Shown: positions 40,852 to 51,037 of the stretch, piece after piece
How the letters are laid out: each line of letters opens with the position of its first letter
Position numbering within the stretch: position 1 is the first letter of the stretch
Assembly: GCA_050951925.1 (NCBI GenBank)
Contig: JBMNJZ010000001.1
Span: forward strand, 220,207-284,206
Length of the DNA stretch: 64,000 bases
Direction: 5' to 3'
Source of the DNA: Saccharofermentanales bacterium
GTDB taxonomy: Bacteria; Bacillota; Clostridia; Saccharofermentanales; DTU023
Made by a program: the position numbers and the translations under genes
Notes under the pieces: model-generated
Database searches by the model: none
Told to the model about the DNA's origin: nothing
What the model saw: only the letters and a program-made list of their open reading frames with translations

Positions 40852-40942
40852 GGAGAAATACCCAAGAGGCCGAAGGGGACGGTTTGCTAAACCGTTAGTG
40901 GGGGCAACTCCAGCGAGGGTTCGAATCCCTCTTTCTCCACCA
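40852..40942 (+). tRNA. tRNA-Ser (anticodon GCT)
   Basis: Acceptor GGAGAAA/TTTCTCC, anticodon arm ACGGT-TTGCTAA-ACCGT, long variable arm, T-arm GAGGG-TTCGAAT-CCCTC and encoded CCA. Confidence 0.95.
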
Positions 40943-40943
40943 A

Positions 40944-40998
40944 TGTCCGAGAACGTCCTATTTGCAGGCGTTTTCGGACATTTTTGTTTAACAATTTT
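40944..40998 (+). repeat. 55-bp hairpin/terminator element behind tRNA-Ser(GCT), copy 1
   Basis: TGTCCGAGAACG...CGTTTTCGGACA followed by a T tract; 49/55 identical to the reverse complement of 50978-51032. Confidence 0.85.
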
Positions 40999-41129
40999 AA
41001 ACTGTACCCAATAGATTGGACACAAGCTGTTTTCAAAAACCCTTTAAACTGGACACTTGGGTTTCTGAAATCCTTGAGATCGAACAAATAGGTTATACTT
41101 TGTAGGTTATCAGAAGCAGACCGCGCAGG

Positions 41130-42551
41130 TTGTATGGGGATAAGAAATTGGCAAAGGAGAACATAATTGTTGTGAAGAAGCATTCGCCCAAATATGTCAT
41201 TGCCGGATGGGGATTCCTTTTGCTGTTTTTGCTCAGCAGTATTCTGGCCCCCAGTTTGTATTATCAGCAAGTCCATGCGGCAGTACTTGCAGAGCCGATC
41301 GCTGATTGCCAGGAAAGGGTTTTGTGTATTGACGATAATGAGCAAGCTCTTGAATGGCGTTTGCGCATGATAGATCTGGCGCAAGAGGAACTGGTCCTGG
41401 TGACATTTTCCCTCAGAAATGATCACAGCGGGCTAGATGTAATGTCGGCATTGTTCGACGCGGCGGAGCGTGGTGTGACAGTAAAGATCCTGATTGATGG
41501 CATTCTCGGAACTTTGGAATTATCGGGAAGTCAATATTTTTCCGCCTTAATTGCGCATCCCAATGTACAGGCAAAGCTATACAATCCAATAAATATCTTG
41601 AAGCTACGGAAAGCTAATTATCGAATGCACGACAAATATCTGATTGTGGATCACAATATCTATATCCTGGGCGGAAGAAATACCAATGATATGTTCCTTG
41701 GCTCTTATGTGGACAAATATAATATCGATCGGGATATTTTGGTTTACTCGCAAGCCAACGGGCAATCAATGGCGCAGCTCAAGGACTATTTTGACCGGAT
41801 CTGGAAACTGCCATGCAATGAAGAACTCTTTGCCGCGGATATAAGTCAGGTTTCGGATATTCAGGCAGATATGGTTAAACGGTATCGGCAAATAAAAGAT
41901 AAATATGCAGAGCCGGCTCAGAAAATTGATTGGGAAACAGAAACGCTGGAAACCAAGGGAATCACCTTGCTCGCTAATCCCATAGAACCTGAAAGGAAAA
42001 AGCCTGAGCTATTGAAAAAAATGTATCGGATAATACAGCAGGGGGAGTCCATTATAATCGAAACCCCATATATTATCTGCGACAATAATATGTATGAGAA
42101 ACTTGGCCTGTTGAATGAAGATGGCAAAAAATTGCAGATAATTATAAATGCTGTAGAAGGCGGTGCCAATCCTTTTGGCTGCGCGGACTATTTAAACCAA
42201 AAGGAAAATATTCAAAGAACCGGCTCAGATATATTCGAAGCGCTATACGGCCAGTCTTTGCACCGAAAAACCGGCCTTGTCGATGACTCGATCAGTATTG
42301 TCGGCTCCTATAACTGGGATATCAGGAGCACATATTTGGATACAGGATTAATGCTTGTTATTAATTCTCCGGAACTTAATGCGCAACTAAGGACTTCGTC
42401 TCTTGACTTAATGCGGAAAAGCCGCCATATCGCCCCGGACGGGACAGTAACTTTAGGCGCTGAATTTGTTTCTATTGAACTAAGCTTTGGAAAAAGGCTC
42501 TTCTATAATATCCTCAGAATTATAGTTATCCCCATTCGCAAGTCATTGTAA
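41130..42551 (+). CDS. phospholipase D family protein (cardiolipin synthase-like)
   Basis: Two HKD motifs, HDKYLIVD...GGRN and HRKTGLVD...GSYN, plus an N-terminal TM. The start codon is uncertain. Confidence 0.88.
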   Translation: MYGDKKLAKENIIVVKKHSPKYVIAGWGFLLLFLLSSILAPSLYYQQVHAAVLAEPIADCQERVLCIDDNEQALEWRLRMIDLAQEELVLVTFSLRNDHSGLDVMSALFDAAERGVTVKILIDGILGTLELSGSQYFSALIAHPNVQAKLYNPINILKLRKANYRMHDKYLIVDHNIYILGGRNTNDMFLGSYVDKYNIDRDILVYSQANGQSMAQLKDYFDRIWKLPCNEELFAADISQVSDIQADMVKRYRQIKDKYAEPAQKIDWETETLETKGITLLANPIEPERKKPELLKKMYRIIQQGESIIIETPYIICDNNMYEKLGLLNEDGKKLQIIINAVEGGANPFGCADYLNQKENIQRTGSDIFEALYGQSLHRKTGLVDDSISIVGSYNWDIRSTYLDTGLMLVINSPELNAQLRTSSLDLMRKSRHIAPDGTVTLGAEFVSIELSFGKRLFYNILRIIVIPIRKSL

Positions 42552-42754
42552 AATCCGTTTGGGGAATTGCTTAACCGTTTGGTTTACGACCGCTGATAAC
42601 CGTCCCGGTTTCCCGATTTAAGAGAAAGAGCGCCTATTTTATAGTGCCTTCGGCAAAAAAGCGGTCTATGTTACGGGAATGACGATTATTTGTTCTGAAT
42701 GGAGCGGCATAGTAAAATATGGTAGATAGGATTTTAAGATCTGGAGGTACAAAT

Positions 42755-43330
42755 ATGGAACATAAATTGCCTAAGCTTCCTTTTAGCGAGAACGCACTGG
42801 AACCGGTGATTTCCAAGGAGACTATCGAATACCATTATGGTAAACATCATCAGACTTATGTCACAAATCTGAATAATCTTATAGTAGGAACTGAGTTTGA
42901 AGATATGGATCTGGAGGATATTATTAAGAAGTCCGGCGGCGGCATCTTTAATAATGCGGCTCAGGTCTACAATCACACTTTCTACTGGAACTGTCTGTCG
43001 CCGGCAGGTGGCGGCAAACCTACGGGTAAGTTGGCTGAGGCGATCGATAAGACTTTCGGCTCGTTTGACGAATTCAAGAAACTGTTCTCTGCCAAGGCTA
43101 TCGGCACTTTCGGTTCCGGCTGGGCTTGGCTGGTCAAGAATCAGGATGGCGGTCTGGAGATCGTCAGCACCGGTAATGCGGAGACCCCGATCACCAAGGG
43201 ACAGACGCCACTGTTGACCTGCGATGTCTGGGAGCATGCCTACTATATTGACTACAGGAATGCCCGCGCCAAATATGTGGAGAAGTTCTGGGATCTGGTC
43301 AATTGGGATTTTGTGGCCGGTAATTATTAG
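42755..43330 (+). CDS. sodB: superoxide dismutase [Fe]
   Basis: HYGKHH, FNNAAQ..NHTFYW (Fe-type signature) and DVWEHAYY; GGAGG RBS before the ATG at 42755. Confidence 0.95.
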   Translation: MEHKLPKLPFSENALEPVISKETIEYHYGKHHQTYVTNLNNLIVGTEFEDMDLEDIIKKSGGGIFNNAAQVYNHTFYWNCLSPAGGGKPTGKLAEAIDKTFGSFDEFKKLFSAKAIGTFGSGWAWLVKNQDGGLEIVSTGNAETPITKGQTPLLTCDVWEHAYYIDYRNARAKYVEKFWDLVNWDFVAGNY

Positions 43331-43356
43331 TCATTAGTTAGTTCATTGAAACAACT

Positions 43357-43385
43357 CAAAGGGCGGATCTGTAGTCCGCCCTTTG
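43357..43385. terminator. terminator between convergent sodB and hydA
   Basis: CAAAGGGCGGA...TCCGCCCTTTG stem. Confidence 0.75.
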
Positions 43386-43447
43386 GTTTTGCCCGCTTGT
43401 TGTCTTGTTGGCAAAAGAGAGTTGCCTTATTGTCAAAGGCAACGGCA

Positions 43448-45172
43448 TTAAAGAGCCTTTTTAGGCTTAGCTTTATAGTGTGTGTGCAGCAGCTCATGGG
43501 ATTTATGGCCCAATGGCTCATGCAGGAATTCCTCGTAAAGGATTTTGACCTCCGGATTGTCATGCGATTTCCGCAGCGCCATCTTTTCATCCTCAAGATA
43601 GATAGCTTTAATGCGCTCAATACGCTTGGCATTGGCCTTGGTATATGGCTGACCGCCGCCGCCGATACAGCCGCCGGGACAAGCCATGACTTCGATGAAA
43701 TGATAGGGGCATTCGCCCGCCCTCACCTGCTCCATCAGTGTTCTGGCATGAGCCAGGCTGTGAGCGATCGCTACTTTGACAACTGTGCCGTCGAGATCTA
43801 TTTCGGCATGCTTGATGCCGTCAAAGCCGCGGGCAAATTCGAAGTTCAGGTTCTCCAGCTCCCGCTTGGTCACAATTTCATATACCGTACGCAAGGCAGC
43901 TTCCATTACTCCGCCGGTAGCGCCGAAGATGACGCCGGCGCCGGTGTAGGAACCCATCCAGGAATCAAATTTGGCAGGGGCCAGCTGTCCGAAGTCCAGA
44001 CCGGTCATGCGTAAAAGTTTGCCGACCTCTCTGGTGGTCAGGACGATATCGACATCCCGATAGCCGCTGGCATTCATTTCCGGCCTCTGAGCTTCAAACT
44101 TCTTAGCGATACAGGGCATGATAGAGACAGAGACTATCCTGGACGGATCAATCTCCATCTTTTCTGCCCAGTAGGTCTTGACTAAGGCGCCAAACATTTG
44201 CTGCGGCGATTTGCAACTGGAGAGATGATCCAGCAGATCAGGGAAAAAAGTCTCGCAGAACACGACCCATCCCGGGCTGCAGGATGTAAACATGGGCAGA
44301 GTACCGCCTTCAGCCAGGCGCTGCAGCAATTCACTGCCCTCTTCCATAATCGTCAGGTCAGCAGTAAAATTAGTATGGAGCACATAGTCGAAACCAACCT
44401 GTCGCAGGCCGGCGACGAATACTTCCATATCCAGGGCGCCTGTCTCCATACCGATTTCTTCACCCAGAGCCAGTCTGACGGCCGGTGCGATCTGCGTGAC
44501 CACAATTTTGTCAGGGTCTGCAATCGCCGCCAACAGCTTATCGATATTCTCAACTTCGCCAATAGCGCCGACCGGACAGGCGTGCACACATTGTCCGCAC
44601 ATCACGCAAGGGCTATCTGCAAGTGTGCCGCCGAGCGTGGGTACAACCATTGATTCATGGCCGCGCTTTTCTATTCCCAGCGCGCCGACTGTCTGTATGA
44701 CATTACAGGCCTCAATGCAACGGCGGCAGAGAATACATTTGTCATTATCCCGGAACAGCGAGGGAGTGGAAGTGTCCTTTTCCAAACCACGGGTTTTGGC
44801 CTCAAAAGGAAGATCGCGGATCAGATATTCCTCCGCCAGATCTTGTAGTTCGCAGTTTTTGTTGCGGATGCATGTTAGACAGTCCTGCGGATGATGCGAC
44901 AAGATCAGCTCCAGAATGGTTCTTCTGGCCTCAATAACCCGAGGGCTTCTGGTCTTGACATTCATCCCCTCAGATACCGGTTGCGAACAGGCCGGCTGCA
45001 ACAGATGATTGCCTTCGACTTCACAGACACAGATGCGGCAGTTCGCCGTCACTGTCTGATCCGGATGATAACAAAGGGTCGGTATATCGATACCAATACC
45101 TGCTGCTGCTTCGAGTATTGTTGAGCCCTCAGGAACGGTCGTTTTAATACCATCAATTGTAAGATTAATCAT
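43448..45172 (-). CDS. hydA: [FeFe]-hydrogenase catalytic subunit (group A, trimeric type)
   Basis: N-terminal 2Fe-2S, His-ligated 4Fe-4S and 2x[4Fe-4S]; H-cluster motifs TSCSPGW, MPCIAKKFE and EVMACPGGCIGGGGQP. Confidence 0.97.
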   Translation of the reverse strand: MINLTIDGIKTTVPEGSTILEAAAGIGIDIPTLCYHPDQTVTANCRICVCEVEGNHLLQPACSQPVSEGMNVKTRSPRVIEARRTILELILSHHPQDCLTCIRNKNCELQDLAEEYLIRDLPFEAKTRGLEKDTSTPSLFRDNDKCILCRRCIEACNVIQTVGALGIEKRGHESMVVPTLGGTLADSPCVMCGQCVHACPVGAIGEVENIDKLLAAIADPDKIVVTQIAPAVRLALGEEIGMETGALDMEVFVAGLRQVGFDYVLHTNFTADLTIMEEGSELLQRLAEGGTLPMFTSCSPGWVVFCETFFPDLLDHLSSCKSPQQMFGALVKTYWAEKMEIDPSRIVSVSIMPCIAKKFEAQRPEMNASGYRDVDIVLTTREVGKLLRMTGLDFGQLAPAKFDSWMGSYTGAGVIFGATGGVMEAALRTVYEIVTKRELENLNFEFARGFDGIKHAEIDLDGTVVKVAIAHSLAHARTLMEQVRAGECPYHFIEVMACPGGCIGGGGQPYTKANAKRIERIKAIYLEDEKMALRKSHDNPEVKILYEEFLHEPLGHKSHELLHTHYKAKPKKAL

Positions 45173-45191
45173 GCTTTTGGCTCCTTTCGCT

Positions 45192-46418
45192 CTATTCTTT
45201 CAGCTTAGCAGCATATTCCGCAGAGAAATGCCTTAATGTACTTGTGACAGGCGCCGTGGCAGTCTGTCCCAAGCCGCAGAGGGAAGCGGTGGACATCACG
45301 CGCGCTAACTTGGTGATAAGATCCAAGTCGGAGGCCTCGCCCTGCCCGGAGTTAACTTTTTCTACCAGCTCACGCATCCGCATAGTGCCCTCGCGGCAGG
45401 GTGTGCATTTGCCACAGGACTCATGCTCGAAGAATTTGGTTATCTGGAGATTGACATCTACCAGATCTCTGCTCTCGTCCAAGACAAAGACGGCACCGGA
45501 ACCGAGTGTGGCGCCAATCACTGACATCTTGGTGCAGCCAATTGTGGTATCCAGTTGACTTTCAGGAATAAAGGTGCCGGAAGTGCCGCCCACCTGGATT
45601 GCCTTGAGCTTTTTGTCTCCGCGCATTCCGCCGCCCAGTTCAAAAACTACTTCTCTCAGTGTGACATTGGTTGGCACTTCAAAGAAATCGCGGTTCTTGA
45701 CATCACCGGACAAGGTCAGGATCTTGGTACCGGGGAATTCCGGATCACCTATTGAGCTGAACCAGTCCGCTCCCTTGAGAACAATCTCGGGAATAACAGC
45801 CAGCGTTTCTACATTGTTTACGATAGTGGGCTTGCCCCAAAATCCGGAGACCGGCGGATAAGGCGGCTTAAAACGCGGCTCTCCTCTCTTGCCCTCCAGA
45901 GATTCGATCAAAGCAGTTTCTTCACCACAGACATAAGCGCCCGCTCCGACATGTACAGACAGCTTGAAGTTGCCCAGCAATTCTTTGGTTTCGGCCTGGT
46001 CAACTGCCTGTCGCAGCAGTCCCGTCAACTGAGGATATTCGCCTCGAAGATAGATAATACCTTCGGTAGCGCCTACGGCATAGGCCGCAATGGCCATGCC
46101 CTCAATCAATGTGTGAGGATCATTTTTCATGATCAGCCTATCCTTATAGGTTCCCGGTTCACCCTCATCAGCATTGCAGATAACATACTTTTGATCGGCT
46201 TCGACATTATAGGCAAAAGACCATTTCTGCCCGCAGTTAAAGGAAGCGCCTCCTCTTCCCCTGAGATTTGATTTTTTCACCTGGTCGATCAGTTCCGCCC
46301 TGTCCATGGTCAAAGCTTTTTTCAGTGCTTCATAACCGCCCCGGGAAATATAATCTTCGATCTGATTGGGATCGATTTTTCCATAGTTGCGTAATGCAAT
46401 CCGCATTTCTACAGCCAT
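45192..46418 (-). CDS. hydB: hydrogenase NADH/FMN-binding subunit (NuoF-like, short form)
   Basis: LRGRGGA, NADEGEPGTYKDR, YVCGEETAL and ESCGKCTPCREG; about 408 aa with no extra ferredoxin domains. Confidence 0.93.
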   Translation of the reverse strand: MAVEMRIALRNYGKIDPNQIEDYISRGGYEALKKALTMDRAELIDQVKKSNLRGRGGASFNCGQKWSFAYNVEADQKYVICNADEGEPGTYKDRLIMKNDPHTLIEGMAIAAYAVGATEGIIYLRGEYPQLTGLLRQAVDQAETKELLGNFKLSVHVGAGAYVCGEETALIESLEGKRGEPRFKPPYPPVSGFWGKPTIVNNVETLAVIPEIVLKGADWFSSIGDPEFPGTKILTLSGDVKNRDFFEVPTNVTLREVVFELGGGMRGDKKLKAIQVGGTSGTFIPESQLDTTIGCTKMSVIGATLGSGAVFVLDESRDLVDVNLQITKFFEHESCGKCTPCREGTMRMRELVEKVNSGQGEASDLDLITKLARVMSTASLCGLGQTATAPVTSTLRHFSAEYAAKLKE

Positions 46419-46471
46419 AATTGCTCCTTTCAATTACTGTCTGATAGCCTCAAGGCACCAACACAGTATGC

Positions 46472-46915
46472 TTATCTGTATTCAGCTAAAATAGCGGGAA
46501 CAGAAGTGGGCGTTACGTTCAGATAGGGTTTCCTGTTGATAGTCAGCACCGGGGTAGCCTGGCATTGGCCAACACATTGGGCAAACTCCAGAGCAAAGTT
46601 TCCGTCCGGAGTGCTTTCGCCCATCTTAATTCCGAGTTCTTTCTCCAACGCTGCAACTACATCAGCAGCCCCATCAATGTGGCAGGGGGCACTCTCACAG
46701 ATCCGAATCACATTCTTGCCACGTTTCCTGATAGAAAACATGGAGTAAAAAGTTGCCACACCAAAGGCTTCTGCTGCAGGTACACCAAAACAATCTGCTG
46801 CTGCAATTATCGCTTCTTCCGGCAAATAAGAACATTCATCCTGGATTGCGTGGAAAGCTTCGAGCAAATTGCTGGGAGAATCTGCATAGTCCTGAAGGAT
46901 TTCTTTATAATCCAT
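46472..46915 (-). CDS. hydC: hydrogenase 2Fe-2S subunit (NuoE-like)
   Basis: VATFYSMF, CESAPC and CVGQC; GGAGG RBS before the ATG at 46915. Confidence 0.93.
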   Translation of the reverse strand: MDYKEILQDYADSPSNLLEAFHAIQDECSYLPEEAIIAAADCFGVPAAEAFGVATFYSMFSIRKRGKNVIRICESAPCHIDGAADVVAALEKELGIKMGESTPDGNFALEFAQCVGQCQATPVLTINRKPYLNVTPTSVPAILAEYR

Positions 46916-47326
46916 ATTCAAACCTCCTTTCATATCTATCGGCAATAAATTTTGATAATAAATACGACAATATAATATTTACACGCACTCTCATCGATTA
47001 TAACCTGTGCAATAGACAATGATAATTGTTTAATTTGCAGAATTAAATTGTCATTTTGTCTTATAATTGGCAGATTTACGGTTTTTATTGTTGAGTATGG
47101 TAGCCGCTGCAATACACGAATTAAATGTTGATTTTCAGTCCCGGCTGCGGACTACTGGGCAATAACGGATAGAAAGGAAATAATTAGTCGTATACTAAAA
47201 AGCCGGGAGGATATCCCGGCATAAATATCATGTTCGGCGGTAATTCAAATGACTGTTATTCGTGCTGCCGGCCGGTTACGGCCAATCTCAATCAGTGACC
47301 CGTATTATCGGACCCAACGAAAGATA

Positions 47327-48931
47327 TTATTCCGTCAACCAGCTGGTTACGACCAGATCATCGCGCAGGATCCGGACATCTCCGGTAGGTATAATTACTT
47401 CGTCCTCTCGCTTCAGCAGGATAATTCTTTCTTGAGCATGCAATTTGAGGTCTCTGATCAGGCGACCCTCAAAACGATCACCGACTTCCACGGTTTGCTC
47501 ACTGAGAGTGATATGCTCGCTCTCATCGTCATAATGCAGAGCACTTAAGACCAGGCGGTCACCCTCCTCAATCACGGTCTTACCGCTGGGCAGAAATTGC
47601 TTCTTTCCCCGCTCAACAATGACGACCCTAATATCTCTGGGTAGAAAAATATCCTGAAGCCTCTGCTTAATCCAAGGGTGATCGGGATAGATATCAGTAA
47701 TTACGAAATGTACATTTCGCGCTTCTTCATAATCAGTAAAGGTTTTCAGGATATCGCCCTCAGGATCGTACATCCTTGTTTTGATCGCTACCATAGGCAT
47801 CAGGCCACCCTGGATAGCCAGCGACAGCAGTACCACCGTAAAAACAATATGAAATAGATCATATTGCAATTCAACTGCGCTGACAGCCACAATGGCGAAC
47901 ACGATACTGGCGGCTCCCCTGATTCCGGCCCAGGATATTACCAGCTTCTGAGGCAGTGAGGAGCTCCGCATCGGAAGCATCAGACCGAAAACACTGACCG
48001 GCCTGGAGACCATGGTCATAAACAGCATGACCAGCAAAGCAGCCGGGAAAACCTCGACAATGCTGTGCAAGTCCGACAACAATCCTAAGACGAAGAAGAT
48101 CAGGATCTGAGCCATCATATTGATACCGTCAAAAAAGGCTACAAGATCTCTTTTGGACTGGAATTCCTGATTGCCTAATACGATACCGATAATATAGACA
48201 CTCAAATAACCATTGCCGCTGAGCAATTCAGCCAGAGCATAACCGAGCAAGGCAATGGCGATTGTAAAAACCTCATTGCCGCCGCCCTTAAAGAAAATAT
48301 TGCGGCGCAGGAGAATGACCAGGGCGTAGGAGATCAGTCCGCCCACGGCAACACCGACGGCAACCTGCAGGAAAAGCATCAACAGCGCCTCTCCGGGCTT
48401 GATGCCGCCCCGGATCAAAGCCAGGCAGACAATAGTTAAAATATAGGAGAAAGGGTCGTTGGAACCTGATTCCATCTCCAACAACGAGTCCGTATTCTCT
48501 TTCAAGGAGAGTTTGCGTCGCCTGAGAATAGAAAAAACGGAAGCGGCATCCGTAGAACCTATTACGCTGCCTAAAAGCAAGGATTCAATCAGAGGGAAGC
48601 CCAATACATAGTGAACAAATATACCCGTGACAGCCGCAGTCAAAAAGACACCAAAAGAGGCCAGAATAAGTGCCTTGCCGGCTACCGGCTTCGCTGCCCG
48701 CCAACTGGTGCCGAAACCTCCGTAAAACATGATGAAGATCAAGGCGATGGAACAAACTATATTCGCCAGTTCGAAATTGTCAAAATCACTCATCAAGCCC
48801 GAACTGCCAATCGCCATACCGAAAACTATAAAGATAAATAGCATAGGAATACCGGATTTATCCGATACTTCGCTTAGCAGCACGCTGACCAATACTACAA
48901 CACCTATGAATATTAGCGCCTGAATCATCAT
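47327..48931 (-). CDS. potassium/proton antiporter (NhaP2/CvrA type) with TrkA-C domains
   Basis: GSTDAASVF, ESGSNDP and WAGIRGA motifs; two C-terminal RCK-C repeats. Confidence 0.92.
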   Translation of the reverse strand: MMIQALIFIGVVVLVSVLLSEVSDKSGIPMLFIFIVFGMAIGSSGLMSDFDNFELANIVCSIALIFIMFYGGFGTSWRAAKPVAGKALILASFGVFLTAAVTGIFVHYVLGFPLIESLLLGSVIGSTDAASVFSILRRRKLSLKENTDSLLEMESGSNDPFSYILTIVCLALIRGGIKPGEALLMLFLQVAVGVAVGGLISYALVILLRRNIFFKGGGNEVFTIAIALLGYALAELLSGNGYLSVYIIGIVLGNQEFQSKRDLVAFFDGINMMAQILIFFVLGLLSDLHSIVEVFPAALLVMLFMTMVSRPVSVFGLMLPMRSSSLPQKLVISWAGIRGAASIVFAIVAVSAVELQYDLFHIVFTVVLLSLAIQGGLMPMVAIKTRMYDPEGDILKTFTDYEEARNVHFVITDIYPDHPWIKQRLQDIFLPRDIRVVIVERGKKQFLPSGKTVIEEGDRLVLSALHYDDESEHITLSEQTVEVGDRFEGRLIRDLKLHAQERIILLKREDEVIIPTGDVRILRDDLVVTSWLTE

Positions 48932-49216
48932 TTACAGTTTCCCCCTATACATTGCTCCGGACTGACTATATACGCCTTCGAAACATATTGATTAATATAT
49001 CATATTCAGGCTGCGCCTTGCCATTGCCTAAGCGAGCACCATTCATACAGATCAACAGACGGTAAAATCTCATTGATTAATAATATTAATTTATGGTACA
49101 ATTCACAGGAATTTCTTGGCCTGCGCTAAAATTTATATTTTTCATATACTTAATTTTGACTGCTAAGAATAATTTTAAATTACAATCATCATTATCTGAT
49201 AGAGGGGATATACAGC

Positions 49217-50893
49217 TTGAGTCGTTTGAGAAAAATTAATGATGCCGGTTTTTTGATTTTGGCCATTATGATGTTTTTTTCAATATTTTTCTTCACAAAT
49301 GCTTTAGATATGCCTGATATATCTCTGGTAGATAAAGATGTTATTTCTTTTTCAGACGATTGGACATGGCAAAATAACGGATATCAGGAAAAGTTCCAGT
49401 TGCCTTATTATTTTGATGTGGACAAGTCAGAGCCCTTGGTAATAAGAAACACGATCCCTGATCACTTGCCGAACGGTGCAAAATTAGTTTTTAAATCCTA
49501 TATGCAGTCCGTCATAGCAAAGATTGACGGAGAAACAGTTTACACGGTAGGACATGATAGCGATAAATTTTTGGGCAAAGATTTTGCCAGTTTTTGGGCT
49601 GCTATAGATATTAATCCCGAACACAAAGGCAAGATAATCGAGCTTACTCTTTTTTCTAATTTGCCTTCGTCAAAAGGTTATGCTTCCGAGATATTTATTA
49701 CTTCCGGAACAGGCTTATTGGCTCATATATTTTCCGTAAAAGGTCTCTGGAATGTTTTATCCTTAGCCATTATTGTTTTGGGGTTTATACTGATTATCAA
49801 CTGTTTCCTGGCCAGAATCTATAAAGAAAGGCGTAGGGGTCTTCTTTTTTTGGGCATCACCGCCTTACTCATGGGCAGCTGGTTTTTAGGCGATTCGGGC
49901 ATACTTCAGTTTTTAACGAACAACACATATTATGTTACAAGAATTACATTCATCTCAACATTACTCAGCCCTATCTCTTTTGGCTTGTATTTGCGAGAAT
50001 CCCTCTCAATGGAGAAAAAGAGATTTCTTGCCGATTTTTTCACACTATTACTCATTGTAAACGCGGCTATCTGTATGGTTCTTGAGTATCTCGACATATT
50101 GAGTCTTCGGGATACAATCACGACATCGGCAGTGTTGATTGCAATCTTCTGCATTTATTATATGGCCGTTTTTCTCATAGAAGCATTTTATTATAAGGAT
50201 AAAAGAGCATCGAACGAAGTTAAAGCGATTTTTATTTATATGTTCTTTGGAACGGCAGAGATCATACATTTCTATTTAAATAAACAAAAAGGGGCATCTC
50301 ATTTTATGCTGGTTGGAGCGACCATTTATATTATCATAGCATTATTCAATCAGCATAGGGACTATAGTGAAAGAAGAAAAATTAAAGAAGAAAAGGAATA
50401 CTTTGAAAAGATCGCCTATACAGATGTGCTTACCGGAGGGTACAATCGTGCCAGATATGTCAGAGATTTGAAGAATATTGCCGACCCCAAAGGCTTTGCT
50501 ATCATACAGGCAGATACCGACAGACTCAAATATATCAATGATTATTTCGGCCATTCTCATGGCGACTTGGCGATTATCGATACCTATAAAGTTTTGCACA
50601 AAAACTTTGCCAAAATCGGCGATACTTATCGGATCGGCGGAGATGAATTTTCGGTTATAGTTAGTAACGCTAATAGAGATGAAATTGACCGGATTATAGA
50701 ACAGGTCAAAAAGGATGTGGCCTTAATCGCTGAAGAGAGAGAATATGATTATTCCGTATCTTTCGGAGTCGTTAAGTATGATTCTTCTTTAGATAAGGAT
50801 ATTAATGCGGCTATCGTCAGAGCAGACCATAAAATGTACGATGATAAAAAGAGACTGAGGAATACCGTACCTCAAAAAATGCCGGCTGTTTGA
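49217..50893 (+). CDS. membrane-bound diguanylate cyclase (GGDEF)
   Basis: Extracellular domain and about 7 TMs, then DVLTG, KYINDYFGH..GD and RIGGDEF. The gene is visibly AT-rich. Confidence 0.9.
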   Translation: MSRLRKINDAGFLILAIMMFFSIFFFTNALDMPDISLVDKDVISFSDDWTWQNNGYQEKFQLPYYFDVDKSEPLVIRNTIPDHLPNGAKLVFKSYMQSVIAKIDGETVYTVGHDSDKFLGKDFASFWAAIDINPEHKGKIIELTLFSNLPSSKGYASEIFITSGTGLLAHIFSVKGLWNVLSLAIIVLGFILIINCFLARIYKERRRGLLFLGITALLMGSWFLGDSGILQFLTNNTYYVTRITFISTLLSPISFGLYLRESLSMEKKRFLADFFTLLLIVNAAICMVLEYLDILSLRDTITTSAVLIAIFCIYYMAVFLIEAFYYKDKRASNEVKAIFIYMFFGTAEIIHFYLNKQKGASHFMLVGATIYIIIALFNQHRDYSERRKIKEEKEYFEKIAYTDVLTGGYNRARYVRDLKNIADPKGFAIIQADTDRLKYINDYFGHSHGDLAIIDTYKVLHKNFAKIGDTYRIGGDEFSVIVSNANRDEIDRIIEQVKKDVALIAEEREYDYSVSFGVVKYDSSLDKDINAAIVRADHKMYDDKKRLRNTVPQKMPAV

Positions 50894-50977
50894 AGATCTG
50901 ATCTGATGCTTTTCTTCTCTTGCCAAACAGGAAACTTCACATATCTTTAAAATCTATAAAAAGCTCCGCGCGGCACA

Positions 50978-51032
50978 AAAATTTTTAAATAAAAATGTCC
51001 GAAAACCCCTGTAATTAGGACGTTTTCGGACA
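50978..51032 (-). repeat. 55-bp hairpin/terminator element behind tRNA-Ser(TGA), copy 2
   Basis: Inverted near-copy of 40944-40998 with 6 mismatches. Confidence 0.85.
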
Positions 51033-51037
51033 AATTG

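Noticed and set aside
46916-47326. Rex operator upstream of hydCBA
   Set aside because: The region is AT-rich and the best candidates have too many mismatches to TTGTNAA-N4-TTNACAA.
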